64,000 nucleotides of DNA from positions 47,221-111,220 of the forward strand of contig JBAYWF010000003.1 of assembly GCA_041674205.1 (NCBI GenBank), read 5' to 3'. Positions 10,564-20,544 of the stretch are shown one piece after another. The translations under genes and the position numbers were made by a program. The notes beneath the pieces are model-generated. The model searched no databases and had not been told where the DNA came from. It worked only from the letters and a program-made list of their open reading frames with translations. The stretch is from Parcubacteria group bacterium. Its GTDB lineage: Bacteria > Patescibacteriota > Minisyncoccia > Moranbacterales > UBA2206. Every line of letters starts with the position of its first letter. The first letter of the stretch is position 1.

Positions 10564-10645
10564 ATCAATGTCATTAAAAAATTATCCTATGTTGCCTAAT
10601 AAAATTTACTGTCCTCGGGGGACAGTAATTTAAAATATCAAGACT

Positions 10646-10673
10646 ATTATAACAGCTGTAAAATTATTGTCAA
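10646..10673 (-). promoter_or_regulatory. sigma70 promoter of greA
   Basis: TTGACA-N16-TATAAT with extended -10 TG on the minus strand. Confidence 0.8.
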
Positions 10674-10708
10674 TCCGGGCTTTTTCAGGCCTATCCAGGC
10701 CTCCCAAA

Positions 10709-12592
10709 CTACTTGCCGCGGTTGAAATAATAATCATACACTTCCTTGGTAACCGGCACTCCGGAAGAATGCCCTTCTCCGCCGCCTTCCGCGATGATAG
10801 CCAAAGCGATTTCAGGATTGTCATATGGAGCGAATGAAACGAACCAACCATGGGTTTTTCCTTCGCCTCCGAATTGCGCCGTGCCGGTCTTCCCCGCCAC
10901 CTCGACGGACAAATCCTTGAGTGGCTGGGCTGTTCCGTCAGTCACGGTCTTGCGCATACCTTCCCGGATAACCTGCATAACCGATTTATCGATAAAATCT
11001 TTTCTGATTATACTAGGATTAATATATTCGGATTGGCCGTCGCTCTTTTTAATTTGGCTGACTATCTTAGGAGAATACAATGTCCCGCCATTAGCCAGGG
11101 AGGCCGTGTAATTCGCCAATTGCAAAGGCGTAGCCGTTATATAACCCTGGCCAATTGAAGCGTGGTATGAATTACCGATAAACCATTTTTCCTTGAATTT
11201 ATCCGATTTCCACTGTTCGTCCGGAATGAATCCAGTTGACTCCCCAGGCAAATCGATGCCTGTCGGGCTGCCGAAACCGAAAAGATTGTCATACTTTTTC
11301 ATCCGGCCCATGCCCAGCCCGGCAATGTTGCCATAGCCGCCTCCTATGGAATAGAAAAAAATATCATTACTTTCCGCGATAGCCGTCCTGACATCGCTTG
11401 CGGCGTGCGCTTTCCAGTCACCAAACCGGAAAGTGCCAATATTGATGCTGCCGCCCATCCCATCGATGATTGTCGACGGGCTGATCGTACCTTCCGAAAG
11501 GGCGGCGGCGGCGATAGACATCTTTAAAGTCGATCCAGGAGGATATTCGCCGTCGACAGCCCGGTTCAGCAAAGGCAGGTCCTTGTCCGAAATGATAGCC
11601 TGATATTCGTCATTGGAAATCCCTCGCGCGAACAAGTTATTATCATAATTCGGAAAACTGACCATAGCCAGCACCCCGCCGTTCCTCGGATCGATGGCTA
11701 CGGCGGCGGCGGTCCGAGTACCGGTCGTTTCCAAGATATTCGCCATGCTGTCGTACAATTTTTTTTGCAATCCCGCGTCGATATTCAAGACCAGGTCATT
11801 CCCTGCTTGCGGATTGATGATGCCCAAATTCTTTTTCATATTTCCCATCGAATCGACTTCGACCTGTTTGGCACCGGGCACTCCGCGCAATTCTTTTTCA
11901 TATTTTTTTTCCAAAGCCGTTTTCCCGATATAGTCCGTCATGACATAGCTGGTATCACGGTTCATTTCCTCCCGGGTTATCTTGCCATCATAGCCGATAA
12001 TCGTAGAAAATATATTGCTATCCTCATAATTCCGGATGGCAGTATTATCCACCGATATCCCCGGCAAATCTTTGGCTTTTTCCGCTAGAAGCAAAGCTTG
12101 CTCCTGGGTGATATTTTCCGCCAATAGGATCGGATCGGATGATTTCCGATTCTGGCTCTCGATCGCAGTTTCCACATTCCCTTTTTCCAATTTCAAGATT
12201 TCCGCCACTTGCCCGGCTATCCCGATTCTCAGCCCAGGTTCATCCGGCAAATCGATTGGTACGATAACCGCATCGATACTCGGGATATTTCCGGCTAAAA
12301 CCTGTCCGCCCCGATCTAATATTTTTCCTCGCGGAGCTTTGATTACGATCGAGCGGATCCGATTACCTTTGGAAACATCCGAATAGTATCCGCCTTTGAC
12401 GATATCCAGATACGCCACCCTAGTCATCAAGGCTCCGATAAAAAAAATCATAACGAACCACAGGACATCGAGTCCTTGCCGCTTGAAAGGCGTTTCCATG
12501 ACCGCCTCCTCTTTTTCGGTAACGGTCATTATGGAATCTTCGATTTCCATCCCCTTAGCCATCCGCCGCCGATTGAAATACTGATCGAACAT
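10709..12592 (-). CDS. mrdA: Penicillin-binding protein 2
   Basis: APRGKILDR, STLK (SxxK), SND, KTGTAQ; follows mreD. Confidence 0.93.
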   Translation of the reverse strand: MFDQYFNRRRMAKGMEIEDSIMTVTEKEEAVMETPFKRQGLDVLWFVMIFFIGALMTRVAYLDIVKGGYYSDVSKGNRIRSIVIKAPRGKILDRGGQVLAGNIPSIDAVIVPIDLPDEPGLRIGIAGQVAEILKLEKGNVETAIESQNRKSSDPILLAENITQEQALLLAEKAKDLPGISVDNTAIRNYEDSNIFSTIIGYDGKITREEMNRDTSYVMTDYIGKTALEKKYEKELRGVPGAKQVEVDSMGNMKKNLGIINPQAGNDLVLNIDAGLQKKLYDSMANILETTGTRTAAAVAIDPRNGGVLAMVSFPNYDNNLFARGISNDEYQAIISDKDLPLLNRAVDGEYPPGSTLKMSIAAAALSEGTISPSTIIDGMGGSINIGTFRFGDWKAHAASDVRTAIAESNDIFFYSIGGGYGNIAGLGMGRMKKYDNLFGFGSPTGIDLPGESTGFIPDEQWKSDKFKEKWFIGNSYHASIGQGYITATPLQLANYTASLANGGTLYSPKIVSQIKKSDGQSEYINPSIIRKDFIDKSVMQVIREGMRKTVTDGTAQPLKDLSVEVAGKTGTAQFGGEGKTHGWFVSFAPYDNPEIALAIIAEGGGEGHSSGVPVTKEVYDYYFNRGK

Positions 12593-12594
12593 AT

Positions 12595-13134
12595 TTATCT
12601 TTTTATCACTACCCGGTTATTTTGATAAGCGAAAATCTTGTCCAGTTTTTTAAGCGGCCAATACAGAATCGCGAATACGCCTAAATTATACAACAGTTTT
12701 AAAAAAAATCCCTGGCCAAAAAACTCCGGGATATGCCGGAATAATCCGCTTGGCTGCCCGTCTATTCCCGCAGCGAATCCGATAATCGCCTGATTAACCG
12801 TCGTTCCGACCAAAACCAGGATAATCAGCATAAAAAATTTCCAAGCGAACTGTGGTACCAGGAACCGCTTGCTAAGGGAATTTATGATGAAAGCCACCGC
12901 GACGAACGAGAACACGTTCAGTCCGACCGGCTGGAAAGACGCGATGTCCGCCATCAACCCGCCCAGGATCGCCCATTTCAAAACCGAATTGAAATCGGCC
13001 CGCGCTATCCAAACCATAATGATAATCAGCGTGACATCCGGAACCGACCGGCCCGTAAAAAAAATCGGCAAGAATGAGACCTGCACGATAGTCGCTAAAA
13101 AAAGAATCAGGCTGATTGCGATATTTTGCATCAT
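12595..13134 (-). CDS. mreD: Rod shape-determining protein MreD
   Basis: Hydrophobic; PD and GLMAD motifs; lies between mreC and mrdA. Confidence 0.8.
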   Translation of the reverse strand: MMQNIAISLILFLATIVQVSFLPIFFTGRSVPDVTLIIIMVWIARADFNSVLKWAILGGLMADIASFQPVGLNVFSFVAVAFIINSLSKRFLVPQFAWKFFMLIILVLVGTTVNQAIIGFAAGIDGQPSGLFRHIPEFFGQGFFLKLLYNLGVFAILYWPLKKLDKIFAYQNNRVVIKR

Positions 13135-13940
13135 TGGTTTTTTACGGCAAAAACAAGATCCAGTTTTTGGTATCTTATCCTAGGTATCACGATGGCCTGC
13201 TGGAACAGCTTGTCAGGTGAAGCTTTTATTTCTTGGATCCGGCCGATCAGAAGACCTTTCGGAACTTCTCCGCCCAAACCGGAAGTTATGACCGTATCGC
13301 CTTCGTTCAAAGCGTCCGTCTGCGCCACCATATCCATAATCAGACCCAGTCCGTATGTCCCTTTGATCAACCCCCGGGCGCTGGTTTCAAGGTCGTTTAC
13401 ATTTACCGCGCTTTCGGAATCGGTCAGCAACCTGACCTTTGAACTGTCGGGACCGACCTCATCCACTTTCCCGACCAAAATCCCGTTGGAAACGATGACC
13501 GGCATACCAGTCCGGATCCCGTCCGAACCGCCCTTGCCGATCATCAGCCAACTGCCTAAGCCTTGCGGATCTTGGCCGATAACGAAACACGGTTCCAAAT
13601 CGAACTTATCCCTCGGCGCCAATTTCAATTGCTCGCGCAACATCTCATTTTCTTTCTTAGCTTCCTGCAGCGATACCACTTCGGAAACCAAAGAATCGTT
13701 TTCCCGTATCAGCCTTTCATTGTCGCTTTTCATTTCTCCGATCGAGCCTAGGAAAGAAAAAGTTTCATCCACGCCCCGGCCGAGCATATAGAAAGATTTC
13801 TGGAACGGATAGGCGACTTCTAAAAAAATAATCCTGACCGGATCGAATATCCCCTTCGGATTCCAAAAAACCAGCAAGAAACAAATTGCTGATATAATAA
13901 ATAATTTTATTATCTTGGATGAAAAATACTTTCTTGGCAC
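13131..13940 (-). CDS. mreC: Rod shape-determining protein MreC
   Basis: TM + coiled coil, GILVGKV, TSGLGGEVPKGLLIG. Confidence 0.92.
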   Translation of the reverse strand: MPRKYFSSKIIKLFIISAICFLLVFWNPKGIFDPVRIIFLEVAYPFQKSFYMLGRGVDETFSFLGSIGEMKSDNERLIRENDSLVSEVVSLQEAKKENEMLREQLKLAPRDKFDLEPCFVIGQDPQGLGSWLMIGKGGSDGIRTGMPVIVSNGILVGKVDEVGPDSSKVRLLTDSESAVNVNDLETSARGLIKGTYGLGLIMDMVAQTDALNEGDTVITSGLGGEVPKGLLIGRIQEIKASPDKLFQQAIVIPRIRYQKLDLVFAVKNQ

Positions 13941-14026
13941 AATAAAAATTTTCAGTTTTAAATTTTAAATCAATTTAAAATTATCAAATTAATAAATTTT
14001 TAAAATTTCGTCATTCAGATTTCATT

Positions 14027-15112
14027 TTAAATCAATGATCTTTCATGTTGGTTTTCCATCAGCACGCCCTTCAAGGCTTCCAAATCCTCAAGGACGATAC
14101 CCGTACCGCGCACTACCGCCGTCAACGGATCCTCCATCATGCGCACCGGCATATCGGTCTGATCGGCTACCAGACGGTCCAAGCCGCGGATCAGGCTTCC
14201 GCCGCCTGCCAATATTATCCCGCGTTGCATGATGTCAGCCAGCAACTCCGGAGGGGTTTCTTCGATCGTTGATTTTATATTATTGACGACGATGCGGATC
14301 GAACGGGAAAGGGCTTCGCGCACTTGGGTATCGTCTATGATAATCTCTTTGGGCAAACCTGTCACCAAATCCCGGCCGCGCACCGGCATCTGCATCTTGT
14401 CTTTTAGCGGACAGGCACTACCGATGGCGATCTTGGTATCTTCAGCGGTTTTTTCCCCGATTAAAAGATTGAATTCATCCCGGCAATAGCGGATGATATC
14501 CTCGTTCATTTCATCTCCGGCGATACGCAAATTCCGCGAGGTCACCACTCCGCCCAATGAAATGACCGCGATGTCCGTCGTCCCGCCTCCGATATCCACG
14601 ATCATATTGCCTGCCGCGTCCTGCACCGGCAAACGGGCGCCGATCGCCGCCGCCATCGGTTCATCGATCAGATAGGCTTCACGCGCGCCGGCATTCATAG
14701 TCGCGTCAATCACCGCGCGTTTCTCGACTTCCGTCACGTCCGACGGTATGCCGATCACCACCCTTGGACGCGGAAATAAAGTGAAGCTGTCGCGATGGAC
14801 CTTGTCGATGAAATACTTAAGCATCTGTTCGGTCACTTCGAAATCACTCACGACGCCATCCACCAAAGGACGCGTCGCCACGATATGCCCGGGAGTTTTC
14901 CCGACCATTTTCTTCGCTTCTTTTCCGATCGCTAAAACTTGGCCGGTCTTTTTGTTAACCGCCACCACCGACGGTTCGTTGATAACGATCCCCTTGCCTT
15001 TGACATATACCAAAGTGTTCGCCGTACCCAAATCGATGCCGATATCCTTGGACAGATTGCCGAATATTTTGCCTGTCAGATCTTTGAATATATTTTTAAA
15101 TTTATTCCCCAT
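14027..15112 (-). CDS. mreB: Rod shape-determining protein MreB
   Basis: IGIDLGTANT, DIGGGTT, LAGGG. Confidence 0.97.
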   Translation of the reverse strand: MGNKFKNIFKDLTGKIFGNLSKDIGIDLGTANTLVYVKGKGIVINEPSVVAVNKKTGQVLAIGKEAKKMVGKTPGHIVATRPLVDGVVSDFEVTEQMLKYFIDKVHRDSFTLFPRPRVVIGIPSDVTEVEKRAVIDATMNAGAREAYLIDEPMAAAIGARLPVQDAAGNMIVDIGGGTTDIAVISLGGVVTSRNLRIAGDEMNEDIIRYCRDEFNLLIGEKTAEDTKIAIGSACPLKDKMQMPVRGRDLVTGLPKEIIIDDTQVREALSRSIRIVVNNIKSTIEETPPELLADIMQRGIILAGGGSLIRGLDRLVADQTDMPVRMMEDPLTAVVRGTGIVLEDLEALKGVLMENQHERSLI

Positions 15113-15231
15113 AATATGAAAACGAAATCCGTTCTTATTTAAGAATTTTTTGAATCAGGTTTGATTTTTCCCTCTTTCCAAGTCCGATGCCGGGCCGGAT
15201 TGCCCTTTCCAACTCCGACAGGCCTCTGTCT

Positions 15232-15260
15232 ATCATACTTCACTAGGCATCCATTGTCAA
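15232..15260 (-). promoter_or_regulatory. sigma70 promoter of the mreBCD-mrdA operon
   Basis: TTGACA-N17-TATGAT. Confidence 0.75.
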
Positions 15261-15305
15261 AAACAAAAAACGGCCAACCCGAGCCGACCATTTCCCGATA
15301 AGATG

Positions 15306-16430
15306 CTATTTTATGAATTTAAACACATCCCGCAAGGTCACCGCTATCATCAAAAGTATCAGCAGCATAAAGCCAACCGTATGCATCGACTGTTCCGCTT
15401 TTTGGCTGATAGGACTGCCCTTGACCTTCTCAATCAAGATGAACATAATCCGTCCGCCATCCAAGGCCGGAATCGGCAACGCGTTGATTATAGCCAGATT
15501 TATGCTGAGCATCGCCGCAAATTGCAATATATGGACGAATCCCAGAGCCGCCACCTGCTTAGTCAGGATCGCGATACCGATCGGACCGGAAACATCCGCC
15601 CCAACTCCGTGTCCGGTAAAAATACTCGCCAAAATTCCACCCAGCGACACCAGGATTAATATCGTCAAATCATATACCGCGATCGCCCCCTTCCAAACAG
15701 CCTGATACGCCGGATATTTGACGACGACCGTCTGAACCAGACTGACTCCGATCACCCCTTGTCCGTCTTTTTCTTCAGGCGTCGCCCTTATCGGAATGAT
15801 TTCATCCCCCCGCTTGACATCAAAACCCACTTCTTTATTACTATTTATCTTGTTGAAATTTTGAAAATCGGATATGTTGCCGAACACGACCCGGCCATCG
15901 GACGATTTGATGATTTCGTCGCCGATTTTCAAGCCGGCCCTTTCCGCTGGCGATCCAGGCATAATCTGGCTGATTTGGATTTTCGAACCAGGCACGTCGG
16001 TTCCGGCGTTATAATCGATCGCCTCCGGCGCCCCGATCATCAGGCTAAGTGAAATAGCGAACCAGGCGAAAACCAGATTCATCACCACGCCAGCGGCCAA
16101 AATCTTAATCCTCGGCCAGGCTTTTTTAGCGGCAAAACTATCCGGTTCAGCCACGCCGCTTCCATCCTCACCTTTGATTTTCACAAAACCACCCAACGGT
16201 ATCCAATTGATCGAATAGACCGTATGCTTCGATTCGATATCTTTGTTCCCCCAAACGAACTTGAACTTGCCAGTTTCTTCATCCCGCACGAAACCGGCCA
16301 TCCGCGGAGGAAAACCAAAACCGAATTCATCCGCTTTGACTCCGTTCCGGCGAGCCGTTACGAAATGGCCGAGCTCATGCACGAAAATCAGGACACCCAG
16401 GATGACTATGAATAATATTATCGTTACCAT
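15306..16430 (-). CDS. rseP: RIP metalloprotease RseP
   Basis: HELGH, PDZ domain, NALPIPALDGG. Confidence 0.95.
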   Translation of the reverse strand: MVTIILFIVILGVLIFVHELGHFVTARRNGVKADEFGFGFPPRMAGFVRDEETGKFKFVWGNKDIESKHTVYSINWIPLGGFVKIKGEDGSGVAEPDSFAAKKAWPRIKILAAGVVMNLVFAWFAISLSLMIGAPEAIDYNAGTDVPGSKIQISQIMPGSPAERAGLKIGDEIIKSSDGRVVFGNISDFQNFNKINSNKEVGFDVKRGDEIIPIRATPEEKDGQGVIGVSLVQTVVVKYPAYQAVWKGAIAVYDLTILILVSLGGILASIFTGHGVGADVSGPIGIAILTKQVAALGFVHILQFAAMLSINLAIINALPIPALDGGRIMFILIEKVKGSPISQKAEQSMHTVGFMLLILLMIAVTLRDVFKFIK

Positions 16431-16447
16431 TTATTTTTTTAATCAGA

Positions 16448-17005
16448 TTAAACCGTCATTATTTCTTCTTCCTTTTTGACCCTGATTTCTTCCACTTTTT
16501 TGTTGTATTCGTCGATCGCTTCTTGCAATTTATCCTTGCCGGCAAATTTGTCGTCTTCACCCATCAATCCTTCTTTTTCCATTTTTTGGATTTCATCCCA
16601 AGCGTCCTCCCGCTGCTTGCGGATAGCGATCCGGGCATCCTCCGCTTTTTGATTCAGGACTTTTACCAAATCTTTTCTCCTTTCTTCGGTCAGGGCCGGA
16701 ATATTGATCCGGATAACCTGTCCGTCATTATTCGGATTTAAGTTTAATTGCGATTCGCGGATGGATTTCTCGATGCCTGCCAAACTGCCTTTGTCCCAAG
16801 GGGAAATCATAATAGTTCTCGGTTCCGGAACCGAAATGCTAGCCACTTGTTTCAAGGGTGATTTAGCGCCATAATAATCCACCATCAAGCCGTCCACCAT
16901 CGTCACTGAAGCCCGGCCGGTCCTCAATTGCCCCAACTCCTCTTTGAAATGTTCGATTGATTTCTCCAGTTCCGGTTGTTTTTTGTCGATTATCTCCTTA
17001 TACAT
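16448..17005 (-). CDS. frr: Ribosome recycling factor
   Basis: LRTGRA, PALTEERRK. Confidence 0.97.
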   Translation of the reverse strand: MYKEIIDKKQPELEKSIEHFKEELGQLRTGRASVTMVDGLMVDYYGAKSPLKQVASISVPEPRTIMISPWDKGSLAGIEKSIRESQLNLNPNNDGQVIRINIPALTEERRKDLVKVLNQKAEDARIAIRKQREDAWDEIQKMEKEGLMGEDDKFAGKDKLQEAIDEYNKKVEEIRVKKEEEIMTV

Positions 17006-17035
17006 ATCGGTAATTATATAAAAATTATTATTTGG

Positions 17036-18091
17036 CTATTTTTTCCTCAAGCCTAGATATAGGACATCCGGCTCGGTCGAATATTTCATGACGCTGATAT
17101 TTTTCGTGGTTTGCAACTGGAAAGGGATCCAATTCACTCCGCCGTCCAGCGACTTATATGTCGCTTGCGCCGCCCCATATGCGATTTCATCCGAATTGGC
17201 CGGATTGATAGCCAGCGCTTTCACCGGAAAAGCGTTCGCGTCACCTAGCGGCTTCACCGTTTCCCAACTGGATCCGGCATCCTTGCTCCTGAATATCCCC
17301 GCCTGGCCGGCCGCATAAATCCAATTGGCGTTCAGCGGATCGGTTTCAATCACCCCGATACCATGGTTGACGGCATCATTTTCTATCCCTTCGATGGAAT
17401 TGCCGCCGTCCCTACTCCGCAGGATGCTGCCGCTTAACAGATTGAGATATAGCAGGTCGCTACTCGCGCTGTCAATCGCGATTTTCAAAACCGGACTGCT
17501 GGACGCGTAAATATTTTTCCAAGAAACTCCGGCGTCGACACTTTTGATTATTTGGTTGTCGCTCGTGGTGGCATACAAGATGCTGGGATTTTTTTTATCC
17601 AAAGCCAGGGAAATGACCAATGGTCCGTTGGAAGGAGCGGTATAGATTTCATTCCATTCATCGCCACCATTTATACTCTTGAATATTTTTCCCCGGTCCT
17701 GCCAAACTCCGCTCGCGTATATTACGCGGCTATCCGCCGGATCGATCGCCAATCCATAAGCTTTATCAGCTTCAAACGGGACAAGACTCCAATTATCCCC
17801 GGCATCATCGGTTTTCAAAATTCCATTCTTGAGTGTCCCGACCAGGATGCTTTTGGCATCAAACGGATTGGACGCCACACTGACGACATCCACCGCGTCC
17901 AAATTCACCGCTTCTCCGGTTTTACCTTTGAATTCCCAGCTTCGCCCCCCGTCAACCGATTTCAGGATACTGCTGCTTTTTATGGCGACAGGTTGCGCTT
18001 CCTTGACATCCGGTTCGGCCGGAGCCGAAGAACAGCCAGCTAAAGATATGGCTACGAAAGGCAACAATGCAAATATCAGATATTTATTCAT
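17036..18091 (-). CDS. Lipoprotein with BNR/Asp-box beta-propeller
   Basis: Lipobox SLAGC; repeated SxDGGxxW; the longer ORF start would overlap the tRNA. Confidence 0.8.
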   Translation of the reverse strand: MNKYLIFALLPFVAISLAGCSSAPAEPDVKEAQPVAIKSSSILKSVDGGRSWEFKGKTGEAVNLDAVDVVSVASNPFDAKSILVGTLKNGILKTDDAGDNWSLVPFEADKAYGLAIDPADSRVIYASGVWQDRGKIFKSINGGDEWNEIYTAPSNGPLVISLALDKKNPSILYATTSDNQIIKSVDAGVSWKNIYASSSPVLKIAIDSASSDLLYLNLLSGSILRSRDGGNSIEGIENDAVNHGIGVIETDPLNANWIYAAGQAGIFRSKDAGSSWETVKPLGDANAFPVKALAINPANSDEIAYGAAQATYKSLDGGVNWIPFQLQTTKNISVMKYSTEPDVLYLGLRKK

Positions 18092-18115
18092 TGAATTGAT
18101 TATAGCATAAAATAC

Positions 18116-18139
18116 AAAAAATCCCACCCGGGGATTTTT
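18116..18139 (-). terminator. Terminator after tRNA-Lys
   Basis: aaaaatccc…gggattttt hairpin. Confidence 0.55.
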
Positions 18140-18147
18140 ATAACGTG

Positions 18148-18220
18148 TGCGCCCACCAAGACTCGAACTTGGGACCGTTTGCTTAAAAGGCAACTGCTCT
18201 ACCGACTGAGCTATGGGCGC
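18148..18220 (-). tRNA. tRNA-Lys(UUU)
   Basis: GCGCCCA acceptor stem, AGCTCAGTCGGTAGAGC D arm, CTTTTAA anticodon loop, GTTCGAG T loop; CCA not encoded. Confidence 0.95.
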
Positions 18221-18309
18221 AAAATGACAATTTCAAAATTCAGATCTCAACCCTATATTTTAAATTTACTCAAAACAATAACTAGTTATCAAAAAGATAA
18301 CCTTTTGCC

Positions 18310-18337
18310 ATTATAGCATCCTTTCCAAACCCGTCAA
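18310..18337 (-). promoter_or_regulatory. sigma70 promoter of tRNA-Lys
   Basis: TTGACG-N16-TATAAT with TGc extension. Confidence 0.75.
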
Positions 18338-18351
18338 TACTTCTTCCTATC

Positions 18352-18852
18352 TCAGCGGTTCAACCGCTTGTGGATGAAAAACATAAAGGCCATCGGGATG
18401 ATCATCCAAGCCAAATGGGCGTTTTCCGTGGCCAGATACCCATATGCCATCGGAGATACGTATTCCAGCGCCACGTTCTTGGGAGCCATCCATAAAACAA
18501 GGCTGAGTAAGAAAACCACTTCCAAAAAACTCATCACGAACACGCGCCACAAAAAACCGGAGCCTGATCCGGAAATATATATTTCAAACAATTGTTTGCT
18601 GATCAAGGTCAGGATTATGATGGCTGCTAAAAAGAAAACCAACTCATAGACATAATCCGTAAAGTATTTGGCGGGCACGCTCATCGTGACCGCGAAAGCC
18701 ACATAAATATTGATGAGGATCGTAATCAGCTTGTAACGCCCGATGAACATCCCGAAAACGAAACTCAGGATAGCAACCACGATAAACAAGGATATGTCCT
18801 GCGTCAATTGGGGCGACACGCCGAAACCCACTAATATTTTGCCGATATCCAT
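18352..18852 (-). CDS. 4-TM membrane protein (possibly CvpA-like)
   Basis: Hydrophobic co-oriented ORF. Confidence 0.65.
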   Translation of the reverse strand: MDIGKILVGFGVSPQLTQDISLFIVVAILSFVFGMFIGRYKLITILINIYVAFAVTMSVPAKYFTDYVYELVFFLAAIIILTLISKQLFEIYISGSGSGFLWRVFVMSFLEVVFLLSLVLWMAPKNVALEYVSPMAYGYLATENAHLAWMIIPMAFMFFIHKRLNR

Positions 18853-18868
18853 CGTTATGTTTTAATCT

Positions 18869-19660
18869 TTATTTGTTTAGGATATTTTCCTTTGCCATAA
18901 ACTGCCGGATGTCATTCACCGTCGACATAAATTGCGCCGGGAAAATGATAGTGGAATTTTTCTCCACGCTGATTTCCGCCATAGTCTGCAAGTTGCGCAA
19001 TTGCAACGCGATCGGATGGGCCGCCATCACATCCGCCGTCTCAGCCAGTTTCTGGCTGGCCAGCAATTCCCCTTCCGCCGCGATAATTTTGGCCCGCTTT
19101 TCCCTTTCCGCCTCGGCTTGTTTGGCCATCGCCCTTTGCATATTTTCCGGCAGCTCGATATCTTTGATTTCCACCACCGAAACGACTACGCCCCAAGGTT
19201 CGGTGCTGGCATCCAAGACCGCGCCGATTTCCTTATTGATCGCATCCCGCTCCGACAAGATTTCATCCAACTGGAAACGGCCGACGATGTTGCGCACGGT
19301 CGTCTGGGCTATCTGGTTGATGGCGTTCATCACGTCCGCGATCGCCACGATGCTTTTTTCCGCGTCCACGATCTTATAATAAGCCACTGCGGAAACGTCC
19401 ACTGAAACGTTATCCTTAGTGATAATTTTTTGAGCAGGGATCGGCAAAGTGATGGTTCGGAAGTCGATTTTCCGCATCTGATCGACATATGGAATGATCC
19501 AGTTCAAACCAGGCTGGCGGCTGGAAATTATTTTCCCGAAACGAAATACGACTCCGATTTCATATTGTTGCACCACCCGGAAACCAGGCAAGATGAAAAA
19601 CGCGAAAATTACAAGCAACAATGGGAATGAACCGGCGATGAACGCAATCATAAAATTCAT
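18869..19660 (-). CDS. SPFH/stomatin (slipin) protein
   Basis: ITKDNVSV, AQTTVR, AEAEREKRAKII, LQLR. Confidence 0.92.
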   Translation of the reverse strand: MNFMIAFIAGSFPLLLVIFAFFILPGFRVVQQYEIGVVFRFGKIISSRQPGLNWIIPYVDQMRKIDFRTITLPIPAQKIITKDNVSVDVSAVAYYKIVDAEKSIVAIADVMNAINQIAQTTVRNIVGRFQLDEILSERDAINKEIGAVLDASTEPWGVVVSVVEIKDIELPENMQRAMAKQAEAEREKRAKIIAAEGELLASQKLAETADVMAAHPIALQLRNLQTMAEISVEKNSTIIFPAQFMSTVNDIRQFMAKENILNK

Positions 19661-19861
19661 TTAGTTTATTATGTTTTTATTATAGAACTATTTGCCGAAT
19701 AAACAAGGCGTCCTGATCCGGTTTTTGCAGTTAAAAAAATAGGAGCCGCACTTCCAGCTCAGCATTGCCGGCTGTCCTGGTTTTCAGGTGCACGCATATG
19801 GCACGAAATGGCTGTTTCCGAATACCCGCTAGCCATCTGTAGACGTTTTAGGTTTTCTATT

Positions 19862-20467
19862 TCAGGCACCGAACTCACCCTGGACAGCGGCCGGCTTTCT
19901 CCTGAAAAAACAAACACTCCAAACGCTGATATTCGCAACCAATATCACTGCCGGATATGCGATCGTCACAAGATTATAATCGGCGATAGAAATAATCGCC
20001 AGGACATTGATTGCCGCCATCATAAACCAAAAGGAGAGCGTTTCACTCCAAGGATCCGCGAAAGATTTCCTGATTGTCGGAGCATATCCCAATCCATCGA
20101 TAATCGCGACCATCAGCACCGCCAACAACGGGCTTTCCAACAGCCACCAGATGATGACAGCCAACAAGGCCGCGGCAAAGACGGCCGTATCGCCCCGGGT
20201 GATGTTTTTCGTGCCATACTTTAACGACAACAAACCGACTGCAGCGACTAAAACCGTGTCAGCGGCAAAACTGAAAGCCGCGTAGTTTCCGCCGCTATGC
20301 CAAATCGCCGTTGCCGCCGTCCCTTCCGTAATCACCCAGACCACCCAGGTGTATAGATGCGGTTTCGTCTTATTGCGGAAAATATCCCGGAAATACGGGA
20401 TATACGCATATACGGTCAAAGCCGTCGCGAGCAACGAAGCTGCTAATTTGAAATCCGGATTACCCAA
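19862..20467 (-). CDS. Multi-TM membrane protein (PQ-loop-like)
   Basis: Two internal repeats: PYFRDI..KTKP and PTIRKS..P..E. Confidence 0.65.
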   Translation of the reverse strand: MGNPDFKLAASLLATALTVYAYIPYFRDIFRNKTKPHLYTWVVWVITEGTAATAIWHSGGNYAAFSFAADTVLVAAVGLLSLKYGTKNITRGDTAVFAAALLAVIIWWLLESPLLAVLMVAIIDGLGYAPTIRKSFADPWSETLSFWFMMAAINVLAIISIADYNLVTIAYPAVILVANISVWSVCFFRRKPAAVQGEFGA

Positions 20468-20544
20468 TGCTTATTAGCGGAAAAATAATTAATTGCGCGT
20501 TATTTCCATATTGATCCGGGTTGCCCTCCTGTGCGCTGGCGCTA

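Noticed and set aside
18092-18193. N-terminal extension of the 385-aa ORF
   Set aside because: Overlaps tRNA-Lys and its terminator; the lipoprotein signal starts at 18091
19690-19860. GC-rich intergenic stretch with an atggct…agccat hairpin, possible ncRNA
   Set aside because: No recognisable RNA family; needs an Rfam search
20493-20504. attgcgcgttat shared with 40618-40629 near both IMPase paralogs
   Set aside because: Only 12 bp and on opposite sides of the two genes; chance cannot be excluded
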